NCBI GenBank assembly: GCA_976940595.1 | Contig: OZ330105.1 | Span: 2,046,001-2,110,000, forward strand | Length of the DNA: 64,000 nucleotides | Direction of reading: 5' to 3' | DNA from: Empusa pennicornis | Lineage: Eukaryota | Shown here: piece by piece, positions 61,940 through 64,000 of the stretch | Position numbering within the stretch: position 1 is the stretch's first letter | Layout: every line of letters starts with the position of its first letter | Notes under the pieces: model-generated | Told to the model about the DNA's origin: nothing | Database searches by the model: none | What the model saw: only the letters and a program-made list of their open reading frames with translations | Translations under genes and position numbers: made by a program

Positions 61940-62821
61940 TTGAACAAGTGATACACGGCGTCAAGTCCGGGCTGTACGGTGAGTGATCGAAGTGCTCTGA
62001 ACGAAATTGCTAAATTAATTTTTGAATGTCACCAGCCGTGGTTTTCTTAAAGTCTCAGAAAATCGAGGTTTCACCTCTGGAAAGAAATTCAGTAAACAAA
62101 ACCCTTTTCCAATCACAGAACACAGTACACTCGAATTTCTTTGTTTACATTGTCGCTTTGTATCTTTGTTTTTTTCTTCAGAGAATGTGTTTCACTCCAT
62201 TGATTGTTGTTTGTATTCTGGTGTGTCATGACGAACCTAAGTTTTTATCACCTGTCACAATTTGGTTTAAAAAGTCCTGTCCGTCTTCACTGTACGTGTG
62301 AGAAACGTTAAAGCACTGCCAAGTCTCTTGGTTTTGTGAACGTCACTGAGCATTTTTGGCACCCAACGTGAACACATGTTGTGATAACCTAAGCAGTCTC
62401 CAACAGTTTCGTACAAAATAGTTCGTGCAATTTTCGTAAGTTCGTCTGAAAGAACTGTCATTGTGAAACGTTTGCTCTCAGGGATTTTTTTTCGATCAAT
62501 TATCATCATTGACAACACAAGGCCGACCACTCCGAGCTTCATCCTAGACATTTTTTCCACGTTTATTAAACATTCTCGTCTTTACTGTAAACATGTTTAA
62601 CTTGGTGACCCATTTTGGCTGTTTTCAGATTCAAAATCGAATTAAAGCGGGAATCTCAGAGCCAGTGGGATCAGTAATTGCCTTAAACATTTTAAATCTG
62701 CACGGAAAACATAAGAACGAAAATGGCGCCAGTTGAGAGTCAGTGCGCATGCGCGAAACGCCGACCGTAGCGCTGTGGCGGCGCTACAATGAAACGGTAC
62801 TTACTTTCCGGACAAGCCTCG
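61940..62821 (-). mobile_element. Degraded mariner (related to 29868-30845 and 34464-35880)
   Basis: CSRWVPKMLSDVHKTKRLGSALTFL; right end AAACGGTACTTACTTTCCGGACAAGCCTCG|TA. Confidence 0.88.
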
Positions 62822-63250
62822 TATTTTCTAAATATCTGAACATGTAAAACTAATGTCCACCTCCGTGGTATAGGAGTAAATCTCGTATCTGGTATTTAAG
62901 AAGTCCAGAGCTCCAACCTAGGTTATGGCGCTTTTTCCGGAACTTCAAACATCCTTAGAAGAGTCGCAGCTGACGCGTTGACAATTGGCATGAGGAGAGA
63001 TTATTAAATTTGGAAACGCAACAAAATATTCGAATCAAACTTCTTTTGTTTCAAATTTAAGAGTGATTATTACAGAAGAAGACGAATGGCGAACTTTGAA
63101 ATATTAGAACACAAATTTTCATAACAATAAACAATTTAAAATAAACTGCTGGTTAATAAAACTGGGAGGTGTTAAATTAAACTTATAGTCCGGGTTTGAT
63201 AAATATTATAAACTATTCAAGGCAAATAATAATGACGTATTTTAGAAATA

Positions 63251-63777
63251 CATTCTGTCAAGAAAGTTCCTGGAATTGGTCAATAAAACACAAAAAGTGA
63301 ATCATTCATCCAATTTTATTTTATCGACTTCAAAGTAGGCCCCTTCTGAAATTATACATTTATGCCAACGAATAATCCAATCATCAAAACATTTTTGTAG
63401 GCACTTTTAGGAATCGATGTCAATCATCGCCGCGAATTTTCCTTTATGTCTTCTATCGACTGTCTCGAAGTGGTAACTTGAGTTTTGGAAAGACAAAGAA
63501 GTCAGCAGGAGCCAGATCAGGTGAATACGGCACACGAAATACCAATGAGACAGATTCTTTGTTCAATATTTGTATCCATCCAGCGTAAAATCGCAAAACA
63601 CCTTTGAGATGAACTAACAAAATGGCGTACTGTAAACAAACTAGATGACAGATGATGATCAAACTCCGCGTGGGTTTAGAGGAATGTTGTACCAACTTAG
63701 CGACAACAATAATTTCGAATCCCCTTTTAAACTGGGATTTTAAATGATAAATTCCCGGTACTTTCTTGACATACTAG
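63251..63777 (-). mobile_element. Mariner-derived MITE, third copy
   Basis: Both TIRs and the same deletion junction GAATACGG|CACACGAAATACCAATGAGACAG. Confidence 0.94.
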
Positions 63778-64000
63778 TATAATTAAAATGGATACTGTTT
63801 TAATAAGGACTGATGTTTGACGCTGCGGAATTTGTGCGTTCAAGTTTCTGAAGAATGGAAAATCTTTTCTCTGAATTAATGTTTTATGCTTTTTTAGCGT
63901 TTGCCGTCCATGAAATAATTTCTTAGAAAAAATATTTTTATAGGGAAATACTTCTAATATAAATCGTAATTACTGTTAAAGTTAAGGCCCCCAAAACGTC

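Overview
This is repeat-dense eukaryotic DNA, most likely from a large-genome insect (inferred from the SINE and mariner repertoire). It looks intergenic or intronic, and I can support no host protein-coding gene. The window holds about 17 mariner/Tc1-type copies or MITEs from several families (none intact), about 13 copies of one tRNA-derived SINE, several LINE 3' fragments, microsatellites, and four minisatellite arrays (82, 98/96, 50 and 77 bp units). Two of the arrays can be traced to single-copy segments of retroelements. The most interesting locus is 36421-38566. It is a short Penelope-like element with ~100-bp inverted repeats, each containing a minimal hammerhead ribozyme motif. Inside it, ~27 bp downstream of its TATA box, sits a 1.8-kb retroposed unit bounded by a 9-bp target-site duplication (TSD; GAACGCCAC) and an A-tail. 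This unit carries only a gag-like ORF (RRM-like region plus CCHC knuckles) and a long structured 3' UTR, with no reverse transcriptase, which is a HeT-A/HAL1-like architecture. Part of that UTR is shared with the tRNA-headed element at 320-1975, where it has expanded into the 82-bp array. All calls were made by eye; no database search or RNA-folding computation was run.
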